This document shows, in pieces, positions 46,931-60,200 of a DNA stretch of 64,000 nt. How positions within the stretch are numbered: position 1 is the stretch's first letter; every line of letters starts with the position of its first letter. Location of the stretch: positions 62,001 through 126,000 of the forward strand of contig CDLV01000008.1 of NCBI GenBank assembly GCA_001244265.2, read 5' to 3'. Position numbers and translations under genes: made by a program. Below the pieces are notes generated by a model that saw only the letters and a list, made by a program, of their open reading frames with translations, searched no databases and was not told the origin of the DNA. This DNA is from Microbotryum violaceum (lineage: Eukaryota).

Positions 46931-49446
46931 ATGATGCGCGCGTGCCGTGTACCCCGTAAGCTCGACCTGCTTGTGACTAGGGAAGCTTATCGTCGCTCCA
47001 TGAAGTGACTGACCCTTTGACCGTGGCGTTTGTCGATGACGCGATGACGATTGCGCCCGCGCCCTCGCAGTGCCTGTCGGAGCTCACCGAGCGCTGAGCC
47101 TGAGCTTATCCTCGTCGAGCCTGAGGTCGTCGTCAGTGTCGCGCTTCTCGACCAGTACCAACGTCGCCGCGACCTTGTTGCGACCTTCGCCGCGTCGATT
47201 GTTGCCGACCATCTCGACCTCGACCACACCACCCCCGTCCTCGCCGCTCAGTGCTCCGCCTCCCGTCACGCAGCAGCCCCTGCCCGCGAGCACCGGCATC
47301 TCGCAACCGACGACCGTCGAGGTCGAGTCGTCCACGCCTCCGCCTCCGCCTCCTCCTCAACCCAAGAAGCTCAAGCACCGAATCCGTAATTTCGCTCGGT
47401 TTGTGCTCGTCGCCATCGTAGGGAGCACGTCGTACGTCGTCTGGCACTCGCACCGCGCGCGACACCCTTCGGACCAACTGCCTCACGACCCGAGCTTGCC
47501 GACTGTCGTTGTTGTCGGTAACGGGTGGGGATCAACCGCCTTCTTGAAGAACCTGAAGAACGAGGGCTACAATGTCGTAAGTCTTTTGACTGTGTGCGAG
47601 ATGGCCATCACCAGCCCGACGTGTCGAGCAAAGCGCCCATATTCCGTCGTCTTTTCGCAAATACCCTTGCCTCGGTCCAGCGACGGATCGTCTGCCGCCA
47701 GCCCGTCGCTCACCCCCCTTTGATCTGCGTGACGGAGCGCACACAAGGCAGTACTAACCCCTTTGGTTCCTGCTCCGAACAGGTCGTCATCTCGCCGCGC
47801 AACTACTTTTTGTTCACCCCCTTGTTGCCGTCGGTTACGGTCGGCACTTTGACCTCGCGCTCGATTCTCGAACCGACTCGCTTCTTGACCCGTCATCTCG
47901 CACGTGCGGTCGAGGTCTATGAGGGTGAGGTCACCGAAGTCGACCCCAAGAAGAAGACGATCCGATTCGTTGGTCAGTCGGCAGAGCAAACGTGGCTCGC
48001 GTTGTGTTTGCATTCCTGACTCCCCTGCCGGTACGCCTCGATAAAACTCTAGATAACTCCGAGGTCAAGGGAGCCGTTGACGGAACCGAGATCTCGTACG
48101 ACTACCTTGTCTACGCCGTCGGAGCCGAGAATAACACGTTTGGTATCAAGGGCGTCAAGGAGAACGCGTGCTTCCTCAAGGAGATCTGGGACGCCGAGAA
48201 GATCCGCAGTCGCGTCATGGACTGCATCGAGTCGGCCAACTTTGCCGGTCAGACCGAGGAGGAGATCGATCGATTGCTCTCGTTCGTGAGTCTGCGCGTG
48301 CGATGTCTCGGAGTTCTTGGGTTAGGCTGTTGCTGAGTAGACGTGGCTGAGCTGGTGCGTCGTACAGGTCGTCGTCGGTGGTGGACCTACAGGTGTCGAG
48401 TATGCTGGCGAGTTGCACGATTTCCTCAAAGAGGATCTTACAAACGTGAGTCGATGGCCCTATAAGCAGCGGACCCGAATGGTAGGTATTGAACTGCACT
48501 GGATTATCGCCTTCACAGTGGTACCCGGAGATTGCCGGTCGCATCAAGATCACCCTGATCGAGGCGTTGCCCAGCGTGTTGCCCATGTTCTCCAAGCAGC
48601 TCATGTACGCCGCAGCTCCTGAATGCTCTCACGACGGTCGAGCTGACGTTCGAGCAAACCTGTTTCCCCTTACAGTGACTACACCAACTCGACATTCAAG
48701 GAGAACAAGATCGACATTGCGACCAAGACGATGGTCAAGGAGGTCAAGGAGACGGTCATCGTTGCGCAGAACGAGAAGAAGGAGCTCGTCGAGTACCCTT
48801 ACGGTCTCCTCGTCTGGTGAGTGTGATCGAGCCATGCTGGGCCTGAATGCTCTACGGAGAGCTAACGCCCTCGGTGCTCACCTCGATCAGGGCCACCGGC
48901 AACACGGCACGACCGGTCACACGGGATCTGATGGCCCGTCTTCCCGAGACTCAAAACTCTCGACGAGGTTTGCTCGTCGACGAACACCTGCGCGTACTCG
49001 GTGCCGAAGGCGTCTTTGCTCTCGGTGACTGCACCGCTACCAATTACGCCCCTACGGCCCAGGCCGCATCGCAACAGGGTGTCTACCTCTCGCGCGTCTT
49101 CTCGCAATTGACCAAGAAGCAACACCTCTTGTCCGAGTTGGAGCAGGCCAAAGTCACCAACGCCGACCCGGCCCGTCTCGACTCGTTGGCCAACGCCGTG
49201 ATCCGAGCGAGCAACATCCAACCGTTCCATTACTCGCACCAAGGCTCGTTGGCCTACATCGGATCGGATAAGGCGATCGCGGACCTGCCGTTGATGTCGG
49301 GCAACTTGGCCGTTGGCGGGATCGCGACGTACTACTTTTGGCGATCGGCTTACCTGTCGCAGTTGTTCTCGTTGAGGAATCGACTGCTTGTCGCTGGAAA
49401 TTGGTTGACGACCCGGGTGTTGGGTCGTGATGTTTCGAGGGAGTAG
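46931..49446 (+). CDS. Mitochondrial type II (external-like) NADH:ubiquinone oxidoreductase
   Basis: Arg/Ser-rich presequence and a TM segment, then VVVGNGWG, VISPRNYFLFTPLLPSVTVGT, YDYLVYAVGA, VVGGGPTGVEYAGEL, FALGDC..APTAQAASQQG and YSHQGSLAYIG. Ends GRDVSRE. Confidence 0.95.
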
Positions 49447-49902
49447 ACGCGGTCAGTGATGTGTTGCCCACTGCTCGACTCGCGCATTTTTCTCTGCGGC
49501 TACTCAGAAGCGCACCATCATTATATAGAGTTCCTTGTGCATGTATCCCCTCTATCTTTTTTCGCGGGATCAATTTATGAGGACAACGCGCTACAATGTA
49601 ATACAGACCTAAACTTTCGATCCTTTCTCAGTGTCAACCCCTTGCGCCGCCGAGTCGGGGTCGCAACTTGTGCCTTGCTGATCGGGAAAGGGCAAGCCCC
49701 AACAAGCGCATGCGCGCAAAATGAAATTGAGGCGATGAAGTCATCGCGCGGGGGTCGTCCCTTCGCGCGCATCTCACCTTGTGCTTTTGACGCTTTGCTT
49801 CTCCAACCTCTCGCGTAAACCCACCACCTTGCCTACTTTCGAACACTAGGGGGGCCCCAAGCGAATCAACTTAACACACCCACCCTCGCACCGCTCTTAC
49901 CA

Positions 49903-52900
49903 ATGGCGGCGTTCCTGCAAAAAGTGCAACACTCGAATCGGGTCTCGTTAGGCCCCAAGGAGCTCGCGCCTTTGGCCGACATCATAGGCGCCGAGAAGCG
50001 GCTGATGGATGCGTACGTAACCCCCGCTTTCACAATACTGTGGTGGTATATGCTTGGGACAGGGCTAGGTCGTGATGAGATGACGGTTGCTGGGCTGTAT
50101 TGGTCAGGATGTGAAAGTGTGATGAAACTGCGCAAGGTGGTGGATCACTCGGGCCTTCCGCAGCACCGCCACAGCCGGAGGTCGACTTCAGCTTGGTCGG
50201 TTTGACCCCCGAGCGGGCTGGGATGACGACCGCTAGGCTCGGCGCGGGGCGGTGTGGACGGAGACAGTGTGGTGCGAGGGGGTGAATAAGGTGGTCATGT
50301 CCAGGGAACGCATCGGTGTACGAACCGTCTCCTCAGAAAAGAGCTGCTATCCTTACACCCTAAAACGAGCCTTACTCACCCTTCCGCGCTTGCTCCCCCT
50401 CCCTTCCGGCCTTCCGAATACTCGTCCACTACGCGCCTTTGGGATAACAGCACACAAAAGCTAGCGATCGAAGGGATCAAAGCGTCCACTGCATTGAAGG
50501 AATGGGGTGTAGCTGAAGGACCCGATCTGGGGGTATGTTTGGCATCCACGCTTAAGACGAAGAGGCTAGCGCTCGATGAACAACTGACCTCGTCTTGTCT
50601 GAATACGTGCAGGACATCTTGACCAAGATTTCCATGTTATACGACTATGCCTCGTCCGCTGAAAGGGCTTATGCCGAACACACCGGAAACGCTCGGTAAG
50701 TTCGCCGAGAGAGCTCACGCGACGTCATCACCTGCTCATCACCGTTCGTTGTTCTTTATCTGCCAGCCTTCACTTTAAAGAGATTAGGACGAGGGAAGAA
50801 CACTTGACATCGTTGAAGAAGAGCAAAGAGACTTTAGGCAACAAGATTGAGAACCTCGACCGAAAGGTTCGTGATGACGTCGTTGAGCGTCGGTCATGAT
50901 CGAACGGCCCCCCTGATCCTGATCATCACCCCCTTCTTATGACGGCAGGTATCCAAGATGAAGGAGGAAAACAAGGACTTGCCCGCGAGCATCCACCGAC
51001 TGAGCGAGATGCGCAGCGAGATGATCGGGCTCGAGCATTCGGTCCTCAACGAGGAGAGCAAGCTCGGCGACTTCAAACGCTCGATCGTCCGCGAAGCCAT
51101 GAGCCTCAAGCTCGGTGCCTTGCTTGAAATGGCCGAAAAGATGGTCGTCGTCGCTGAACTGGGCAAACTCATGATCGACGAGATTCCGACCGAGAGGACC
51201 GAACCGGGGGCTCCTCGTGCTCACTACAACAGCTACGACCGCACGGACGAGTTGATGCAACAGGCGCAGAGGTGCATCCAGGACGTCGTCTTCAACCCCG
51301 TTCCACTCGGTGAGGGCCGACAGTACGACCATGACCGATATCGCACGGCCGAAGACGATTTTCGAGCTGCGCAACCACAGAATGGCGGTGCTCCCATCGA
51401 TGACTACCGAGGTGGTTATGGAGGGATGGCCGAAGAGAAGCAATGGAGTGGACCGAACGACTATTACGGTGGCCAACCCGAACGGTATGTGTCGGAATCA
51501 CAAGCCCCCGCTCTGCCCGAAATTTACTCGCAACCCCTCCTGCCCCCGGGTGCCGGATCCGGCGGTTTCAGCGGCAACAAAGGCCGAGAGCAGCAGCAGC
51601 AGCACGACCAAAACGGATCGAACGGTGCTTTGGCCGCTCCTTTCGCCCACTACGAGCAGTACAACCAGACCACGGCCCCCTACTCGGGTTCGAACGGAAA
51701 CCACGCCCCCTACGTCGACGCCCCGAGTGGATCGAATCGACCGTCGTTCGAGTACCCTGCAACCACGCAGGATCCGTCGCAGAGGCGCGCGTCGTACGAA
51801 CAGGAGTCGCCTGCGCTGACCAAGGAACGTGAGCAGGCCGAGGATGCTGCCCGTGCGACCCAGCAGCCCAATTCTTGGCGCCAGAACTCGCAGCCCAACG
51901 TCGCCTCGACTCGAGAAGCGAAAGGTCACAATCAGGCTTATGACAACGGAAGTGATGTGGCACCGGCGGCACCTTCGCCAGCTTATGCAGCGCAGGCCGA
52001 ACGACCTCGCACACCGGTCCAAGAGCAGCAAGAGCAGCCTACCTATGTTTCGCCCTCGGCCATTGGTTCTAACGCGCTGCCCAACAACCGCGCTTCTCCC
52101 GTCGGCGGCGGCGTGTCGTTCTTCACCCATCCCGACTATGATCGACCCTACGTCCCCAAGGCCGGGGATGGGGCCTACCACGGGCAACCTGCGGGAGTGC
52201 CTCCACCTCCCAGCAATGCCAACGCCTCCGGAAAAAACACGGCCTACCTCCCGCCCGTCAACAGCGCTCCTGCGCCTCCACCCATTACCCCTACCCCGAC
52301 TTCCCCCTCCTCGTCGAGTGGTAACCGCCGACCGGTCGTGATCCGCGGTGAATCAGCTTTGGGTTCGAAGCACGGCGACGTTTTTGTCGCGAACCGAGCG
52401 CCGATCGACGGCGGTGCCTTGAACGCCGCCGCACCGAGTGGCCCAAACGTCTCGTCGAGTGGATACGCCGCTGGAACGGGTGGAGGAGGCGCGAGTGGTT
52501 ATTACCGTTCCTCGGATGCCAACAACGGTAGTAGCAAAATTCCCGCCGGTGCGTTCCGTCGCGGTCCTTCGAACCAATACATGGGCGGTGGTGTCGCTGC
52601 AGGTGGCCAGATGTTGCCCGGTCCCCCTAGGGCGAACGATTTTGGGCCTTCGACGACGACGAATGGTACTTCGCCTTCGCCTAGCGAATCAATGTCGATT
52701 CGGGATCAGTACTTGGCGAGGGATACGGCGCTGTTGCAGCAGCAACAGCAGCAGCAACAGCAGCAGCAGGCGGAGGGGTTCGCAGGTGTGGGTGCAGGTC
52801 CCCGGTTCGATGTGAGTTTCATTGAAGGGGGTTTTGAGGTATTGTTCTGACAGGGTCCATCGTTTTCTCCATAGGTCACACCTCTCAACATATCGAACCG

Positions 52901-53063
52901 CAACAGCGTGATGGGTGGGACGGCCCCTTCCGAAGTCGGGTCCTCGATCGCCCCGCCGTCGTATCACCCTTCGGCGCCGTCCCAACCACCATTCTCACAG
53001 CAACAAGGTCCTCGATCAGGAACAGGCTTCAACTCGTCCCATTTTGTTACGAGGTTGGATTGA
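49903..53063 (+). CDS. Pil1/Lsp1-like BAR-domain protein with long low-complexity C-terminal tail
   Basis: Motifs LGPKELAPLADIIGAEK, ALKEWGVAEGPDLG|DILTKI, FKEIRTREE and LGDFKRSIVREAMSLKLGALLEMAEK. The tail ends ...PPSY...FVTRLD*. Confidence 0.75.
52737..52769 (+). repeat. CAG/CAA microsatellite encoding 11 Gln
   Basis: cagcagcaacagcagcagcaacagcagcagcag inside the Pil1-like CDS. Confidence 0.95.
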
Positions 53064-53611
53064 GGAGGTGTGCTTGAACCCCGATCTGACTACACACGTC
53101 GCTGATATGTCTCTTACTATTGCCTCGCTCGCTAATTTGGAGGTAGCGCTCCTGTGTGAGTTTTATGCTTGACCTGTTATTTTGCCATGCTTTAATTTTC
53201 CCTAGATGATCATCCATCTTTAAGCACTTTGGCCTCCTTTCTTTTGGTTAATGAAACGAGATGGAATTCTGAATGGTGTTGTTCTTTACAGCTAGGTTGC
53301 TTTGACCGAGCAAGCAACTTTGGGCCGGCCACTTCTCGGCTCCTTTCGAGCGGGCTTGAATCGGTTTTCACTCCAGCTCACCAAACTAGGCCGACGCCGA
53401 CACTCCGAGGCAAGTCCGATGGTCCGAGCACCCATGGCGAACAGATTCTGAGCTTCTACACCGGGTGCTCGAGACCGATGACGCGGTGTTGCGGGCTTTC
53501 GCGAGAAGATGGACGAAGGTCTCCTGTGTACGGCTGGCTGCATGTGCGGCCTGAGCTGGAACAACGGAATCGCTCGTGCATCAGAGTCAGAAGTCGGAGA
53601 CGGAGTGATGA

Positions 53612-53742
53612 CGTAGACGACGGCGGAGAAGACCATCGTTTTTTTAATGGGATGGCATGAAGGTACGCATTCCCCGTCTTACTAATGCAAGAAGTTAAAG
53701 AGATGCAGAACGCACGCCTGCCTGGTCATTCGATCGGAACTG
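53612..53742 (-). pseudogene. Degenerate partial copy of an exon/intron segment of the neighbouring MFS gene
   Basis: Colinear similarity to 55404-55538, including a 29-bp block with 2 mismatches and the tacgcattccc and cattcgatc blocks. Confidence 0.7.
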
Positions 53743-54214
53743 CGCAAAAATGTACCATGGCTGTACCGTAGCAGCAAACTTGTGCACTAGACCCCTATGT
53801 TGTGACAATTCTCGACGATCCTATCACCAACGGGTATATCGGACCTCCCCCAATTAGATTATCTTCTGTGGGGTCAGTAAAGCTGCTAATTTCAGGCGGA
53901 AAGAGCTCTGTCAGAGAGGAGCACACCCCTTCTCAGGCGACTTTGATACGACCCTTCCGGATTACGCGATCGATCACACAGTGTTTGGGTCGAGCCATCA
54001 GCTTTGCTCGCTCGACTGGTGAATTTACCCTCACTAAATTAATTTCGATCCTTCATCACTTCGATTAGATTACAGTACACCATTAAGCACGGAACCGAGT
54101 GTATACTTGAAGAAGAAAGCCCCACCCATTTACATTGTGAAAAACCATTGGCCCCACCCATTGAAGTTGTGCAGAGACCACTGATGGTACTCTCCTGTAG
54201 ATGGTTTAATCCCC

Positions 54215-56399
54215 TTACAACACATAAAAAAAGTCAGGGTTCTCCCGGTCGGTCATATCCAGGAAAGCATTCTCAAAGCCCGCTTCGACCTGCTCAAACT
54301 TGCTGTTCATCGAGGTATCTACGATGACCGAAGTTTGCCCGTTGGCGGCGCGCTGCATAGCCTTCTTGCGATTCAGCCACGCAAAGTTAAAACCTTGGAG
54401 CGTGATCAAACCGATAAGGATGGAAAAAACGGCGAGTGCCCCTTCAAGTCCAGGACTGCAGATGGGAAAACGAGAGTGTAAATGACATTGTCACCCACGC
54501 TCAAGAACTCTGCAGATGTAACTGACTAGTAGTCGGGTGCGTCCTTGGATTGGAAGATCTGGCGACGAGTGAAAGAGGCCGAGGCATGAGATATCACTTG
54601 AGCTTGAGTGGGCCAGATTTGAGGCGTCTTTCTGAAGCGACACTCACATAGGGTCCGGCGATATTACCGATTGGAGAAGCGGCGTTGTACGCGGTGAAGA
54701 TGGCCGCCTTCTTGGTCTGTCCGCCTGTGTACTCGACATCCAGGCCACGATCAAGGGGTTGGCCGAAGAGACAAACGCAATGAGATAGTACCCGACAAGT
54801 AGCACTGATCGATGAGCCTTATCGTGAGGGACCGCATACAGGATAGCGACACCAACGACGACAGGGACCATGAAGACGCCCATGATGATCGACTTGACCT
54901 TGAAACGGTATGCGAGCCACGACGCCAGCACGATGATGATCGTTTGGATTGTGCCGAAAGGTACGTTACTGATGGAGGTGAGAATAAGGAAGAGTTAGAC
55001 GACATTGGGAGTAAGTTGAACCGATTATCAAATACCCACAGAATAACGGATTGATAAGAGCTGAGACCGACAAGCCCCTGAAGGATGAGAGCACCAAAAA
55101 CGCTGCTGACCGAAGTTCCGACGTTGACGCAGAAAGTGCAGCTCATGAAGATCCAAAACGAAGGCTGCAATATGAGTTCCTTGATCTGCGCGAGCTTGAA
55201 CTCGGACGATGCGACACCGGTCTGGTTGGCACGAAGGCGCTCGACGGCTTGGAGGCGCTCGTGAGGGGTCAAGAACCGAGCCTTGACCGGCGAGTCGTCC
55301 ATGCGCCAGTAGAACAAGGGTGCGGTGACGAGCGTAATTATGGCAAAGATCAAGAAGGCGAGCCGATAAGTGTACAGCGCGCTCGATCGGATGTGGCCGA
55401 TGCCGTAGACGACTGCGGAGGAGACCATCGTTCTGTCAGGGGGATGAAGGCGAGCCCGGTACATCAGCTACGCATTCCCTGTCTTATGCAAAACATCAAG
55501 AGACACAGAACTCACGCCAAGCCATTCGATCCGTACTGAATACGTTTGTTTTGCGTATGGAGACGTCATACATCAGCTGGAGACTTTTTCACGCGGTTCG
55601 GAGAATAACTCACCCAGATCGCGACGCGCACGGGCTGCTCGCTTCTCCTATAGAATGCTGACGTGATCATCATGAAGGCAGGAAGCACTGCTGCCTCGAA
55701 AACTCCCAAGAAGAACCTGGTCTCAAGCATTGCGCGGTACGTCTTCGAGGCCGCCATGCCCGCGAGTGACACGCCCCACAGAAAGATGATGAGGGGGACA
55801 AAGCGACGTAGGGGCACCTTGACGAGTAGGTAGGCCGCGAGGGGTTGCATCACCAGTTGGGCATAGTATCCGATGTTACCGATGTTGCTGTATTGATTTC
55901 AGAGGACGATATGTTCATATTCGCCAGAGATACAATGTAGGAGTGACTCTGCTTACGAGTACTGGTTTCCGACAAGGCCGACTTGTTTTTTAAGCCCGAA
56001 CACGGCCGAAAGTCCAACAATAATCTTGTCGGAGACTTAGAGGAAGTAGACTGGGAGTACACATATAATATGTCCCCTCGGTCAGTCATTCTCTTCGGCC
56101 CAAGGCACACAGATCTCGCCCTCTCTCTTACCCCAGGACAGAAATAGCAAAATATGTATGTCGGTTTTGCGACAGATCCTTCGACTCTGTTCATCGTCAT
56201 AGTTGCGATTCAGCACTGCGGCAAACAAGCATCTCTGAACTCTTTCAGTCGGACGTACATCTTCTGCCGTGACGGTGACTCGCTCCTCCGACATCGCCAG
56301 AGCGGCATCGGCGTGTTTCGCACACTCATTATGAGCGGTCATGTTCTTGTCCATGGGCTCGGCTCGCTTCGAGCCCGCCGAGGCGATGGAGGCTGTCAT
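54215..56399 (-). pseudogene. MFS allantoate permease (DAL5-like, anion:cation symporter family), disrupted
   Basis: Motifs RRICRKTDIHIL, RFFLGVFEA, FYRRSEQPVR, DSPVKARFLT..ER..AVERLRANQTG and FLDMTDRENPDFFYVL. In-frame TAA at 56037-56039 (VYFL*VSDK) and a 1-nt deletion near 54730. Confidence 0.8.
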
Positions 56400-57245
56400 G
56401 TCGGGAAAAGTTCTTGGGTGCCGGCCGGGAACGGTTGAAAGGGGTGAGGGAAGGAAGATGAATCTGGGGCCCCAGAGGAGTTCACTAACGAGGAGCCGGG
56501 CAAAAGATGAAGTGGGAGCGGAGACAAGCCCAAACTAGCCGAGGGGCAGCTCCGCGGCGCGTTAGTAGTCCGTGCCGAAGAGCCGTGGGGGCGCGGGGGA
56601 GGGAAGATACCGAGGCCGGGAGCCCCGTGACAATTTGGCGTCATCCACGGCCAGCTGTGCTTGAACAAACGTCTCCCAATATTCGCGTACACAGCACACG
56701 ATTTATCTTATTCGCAGGTAACCGCGGTAGTCGCCCAGCAGGTTCCTACCTACCTAGAGGTAATCATCCACCAAAGTCGAGGTTGCGCCATGCTGCTCCG
56801 TCGCGCCGGCATCCAACTTTACCGTCGGCCGAAGGAGACTGGATCACGTGATACGAGTCTTGCCACTCAACCGCAACTCGACTGCTTGGCGGGGAGGGAC
56901 CTGTGGCGCGGGAGCGGCGGAGCGGGCGGCAGCGGGCCGCCCAATAGGCTAGCTCAGGGCCGCGGCATTGGCTTAGCAACCGCAACGCGGCAGAGCAACA
57001 CATGAGAACATTGGGGCAGGTTATTTGCGATCCAGGGAAGTGGTTCCCGTAGAACACACTACGAAGGAAGGTGGAAGCGGAGGCGGACCGGACCGCCGCT
57101 GCACACTGCAGAGGATCGCCAAGCGACCACCCTCGGATGTCTTTCTACCCCGCTCGTCCATACGCGCGAATACGAAAGTGCCCATTACGAAAGTGTCATA
57201 CGCCCTCACCCGTCTCTACCCACCTAACTCCTATCTGCTCGAACG

Positions 57246-60200
57246 ATGCCTCGTATCGTGATCCCCACCGGCTTTAAGGAGACGACCAGTCCTGGTCGGG
57301 TTGCACCGACCTGCACCCTGCGAAACGCGCAGGGACACACCTTCTCGGTCCATGTCGTTTCGAGCGAGATCACGCGGGTTGTGCACGCGTTGCCCAGCCA
57401 ATACCGCCAAAAGACGAATGGTGGGACCGAGTTTGAGACCAATGTGTCTCCTGCTGAGGTCAAGATCAAGGTGGGTTCCAGCTTGTCCATGTCGAGCTGT
57501 GGCCGGGCCATCTTGGGCGCACGCGTGGGGCACCACGGTCGGCTACTCTCAGCCCTCGGTTCGAACACGGATCGAGACGCTTACATTGTGACAAGTTTGA
57601 TATTCCTAGAGTAAACCCGACTCTTCTATCGTGACAATATCGACCCCAGTCACCCGAATCGAAGTCGACTACGCGCAATGCCCGCGGCTGCAATTTTTCC
57701 GATCCAGCAGCGTCCACATTGAAGGTGCCGCCGATGCGCAGGCGACTTGCTTCCACGCTGACAGCCACACGCGAGCGTATTCGTTCGACGCACAGTCGGG
57801 CGCAGTGCTACATTTGGTGAGCTTGAGTGCATATGGATACATAATGTAGACGCAGGATCATCCGCTGACGCTCAGATAATCACTTGACGTTGTCCTTCTC
57901 CTCATCGGGTAGACCGAACGGGAGAACTACCTGCCCGTCTCGGAACACGAGGATGGCATCTCGCGTGATGTGAACTCGCCTCTCCGCAACGAGTTCATTT
58001 ATGGTCTCGGAGAATCGAGGGGGTTCGAAAAGACGGGACGCAAGTACACGTTCGAAGGCCGGGACGCACTCGCCTACACGCCGCAGAACGGTCAGTCTTC
58101 GATGTGCTCCGCCAATCCTTATGCCGAGGTCGTGCTGACCCTGGTATGAGGCATGAGCAACTCAGGTGATCCTCTCTACAAAACGCATCCCTTCTACTGC
58201 GTATACAACAAGCGATCGCAGACCTGGCACGGCGTATTCTACAACTCGCTGGTTGATTCGAGCATCGACATGGGTGCCGAGGGTGACATCCTCTTCGGGT
58301 GTTTCCGAACGTACAAGGCCAACTCGGGTCCGGTAAGTCGCTCTTCCCGCGTCTCTCATTCTATTACCGGTGGCTAACTAAGACGATCGCGATCGACAGC
58401 TGGACTACTACGTCATCTCGCCGCGTGACGGATCCCTGCCCTCGCTCATTTCACTCTACGCGTCACTCGTGTCGCCTTCGCACTCTACCCCTTATCCCAT
58501 CTCGGCTTCGCCGGTCCTTCCTCCGCTCTCCCAGTTTGGGTATCTTGCCTCGAGTCTGTCGCTTGCGGCCGATCCGAAAGCGCAGGAAGCCGTGATCGGA
58601 TTCGTGAAAAAGTCTCGCGGAGAAGGATTTCCCATCGATGGGCTGTATCTCAGTTCAGGATGGTGCCAAGGTCGGTCCGGGTATTCAACACATTTCAGCA
58701 ACGTTATTACCTGCTTTTTATTCAGTTCTGACCCGTCATACTCGACAATTATCCAGAGGAAGGTACAGATCTGCGCCACTACTTTGCCTGGAACAAATCC
58801 CGGTATCCCAATCCGGCCGAGTTCGGACGGACCGTTGAGCAAGACCTCCAAGTTCAAGTCATCGTCAACGTCAAGCCGTGGCTCCTCGAGACGCATCCTG
58901 GTATCCACTCAGCGGCCAAGGTCGGCGCGTTCGTCAGGCCCCCTAAAGATGCTTTGGGGGATCCGAGCCGAGCGAGTGAAGAAGGTGACAAGAGGGATCT
59001 GGTCTGGAGCAGCGGTTTTGGGGCTCATGCTCTAGGAAGGTACCTCGATTACAGTGAGTCGCGACGGGTCTCATCGATCCAGAAGGCTCACCGGTCCTGA
59101 CTAGTGCCTTCACGAATCCTGACCAGGCTCAAAGGGTGGGTCCAAGTGGTGGACCGACTCGGTCCAACAGCAGTTGCTCTCGAATAATCTGACCGGCATT
59201 TGGATCGACAACAACGAGATGGCGGGCATGGTCGACGACGACGCCACGTTCAAGGGTGAACTCGGTCTGTGGAACACTACAACGGCTCAGGGCAAGATTG
59301 GGGACAACGTCCAGAGGCGGATGGGCTGGGGTCGAGGAGAAACAACTGTTGGAAGTGTGGGTAAAGCGGTCCAGACAATGGGCATGGCCAGGGTCAGTGC
59401 CAGATCAGAGGGTGATCGATTTCAGGGTTGGCCTTGCTGACCAAGCCTTGAGGAATGATCCCAACAGGCAACGTACGAAGCCCTACTTTCTGCCCGCCCC
59501 AATGCTCGTCCTGTCATCGTATCTCGATCCGGTCTCCCTGGCATTCAAGCCTACGCACACGCCTCGTGGTCAGGCGACAACGCCACGACTTGGGCCACAC
59601 TGGCCCACGGTGTGGCTTTGACGTTGTCTCTCGGACTGTCGTTTGGTCCCGGCCTGTACGGGCATGACATCGGAGGATTTGTGGGCGCGCATCACCCCAG
59701 TGCAGAGCTTTTGATTCGTTGGTGCCAAAACGCGGGAGCCTATCACTCGCGCTTCACCGTGCATTCCTGGAAGGAGACGTCGACGACGATGTGGATGTAC
59801 AAAGGACTGGAGCCTGGCGTGACCGAAATCCTACGTGACGTGCTCGCGTGGCGATATCGGCTCACACCGACGATGTACTCACTCTATGTCACTCATTACC
59901 ATCGAAGAGGGTGGCCTGTTGTCAAGGTTAGTCACAGGAAGCATATAGAACGGCCGATTCACGAATCAACGCTGACGTTCTAGGTCCTGCACGCAGCCCT
60001 TGTTGTGGTACCACTCTTGTGATCCGTTGACCTTGTTCGAGAGCCAGGCGTACCTGTTCGGCTCCCACGTGCTTGTCGCTTCCGTCGTCGAGTTCGGGGC
60101 TCGCGCGAAGCGGGTCTACCTGCCGTCTTCTACAGTCGGCGAGGAGAGACAGGTTGAGTGGTGCGAGCTCGACACCGGAGTCTGGCATACAGGCGGACAA

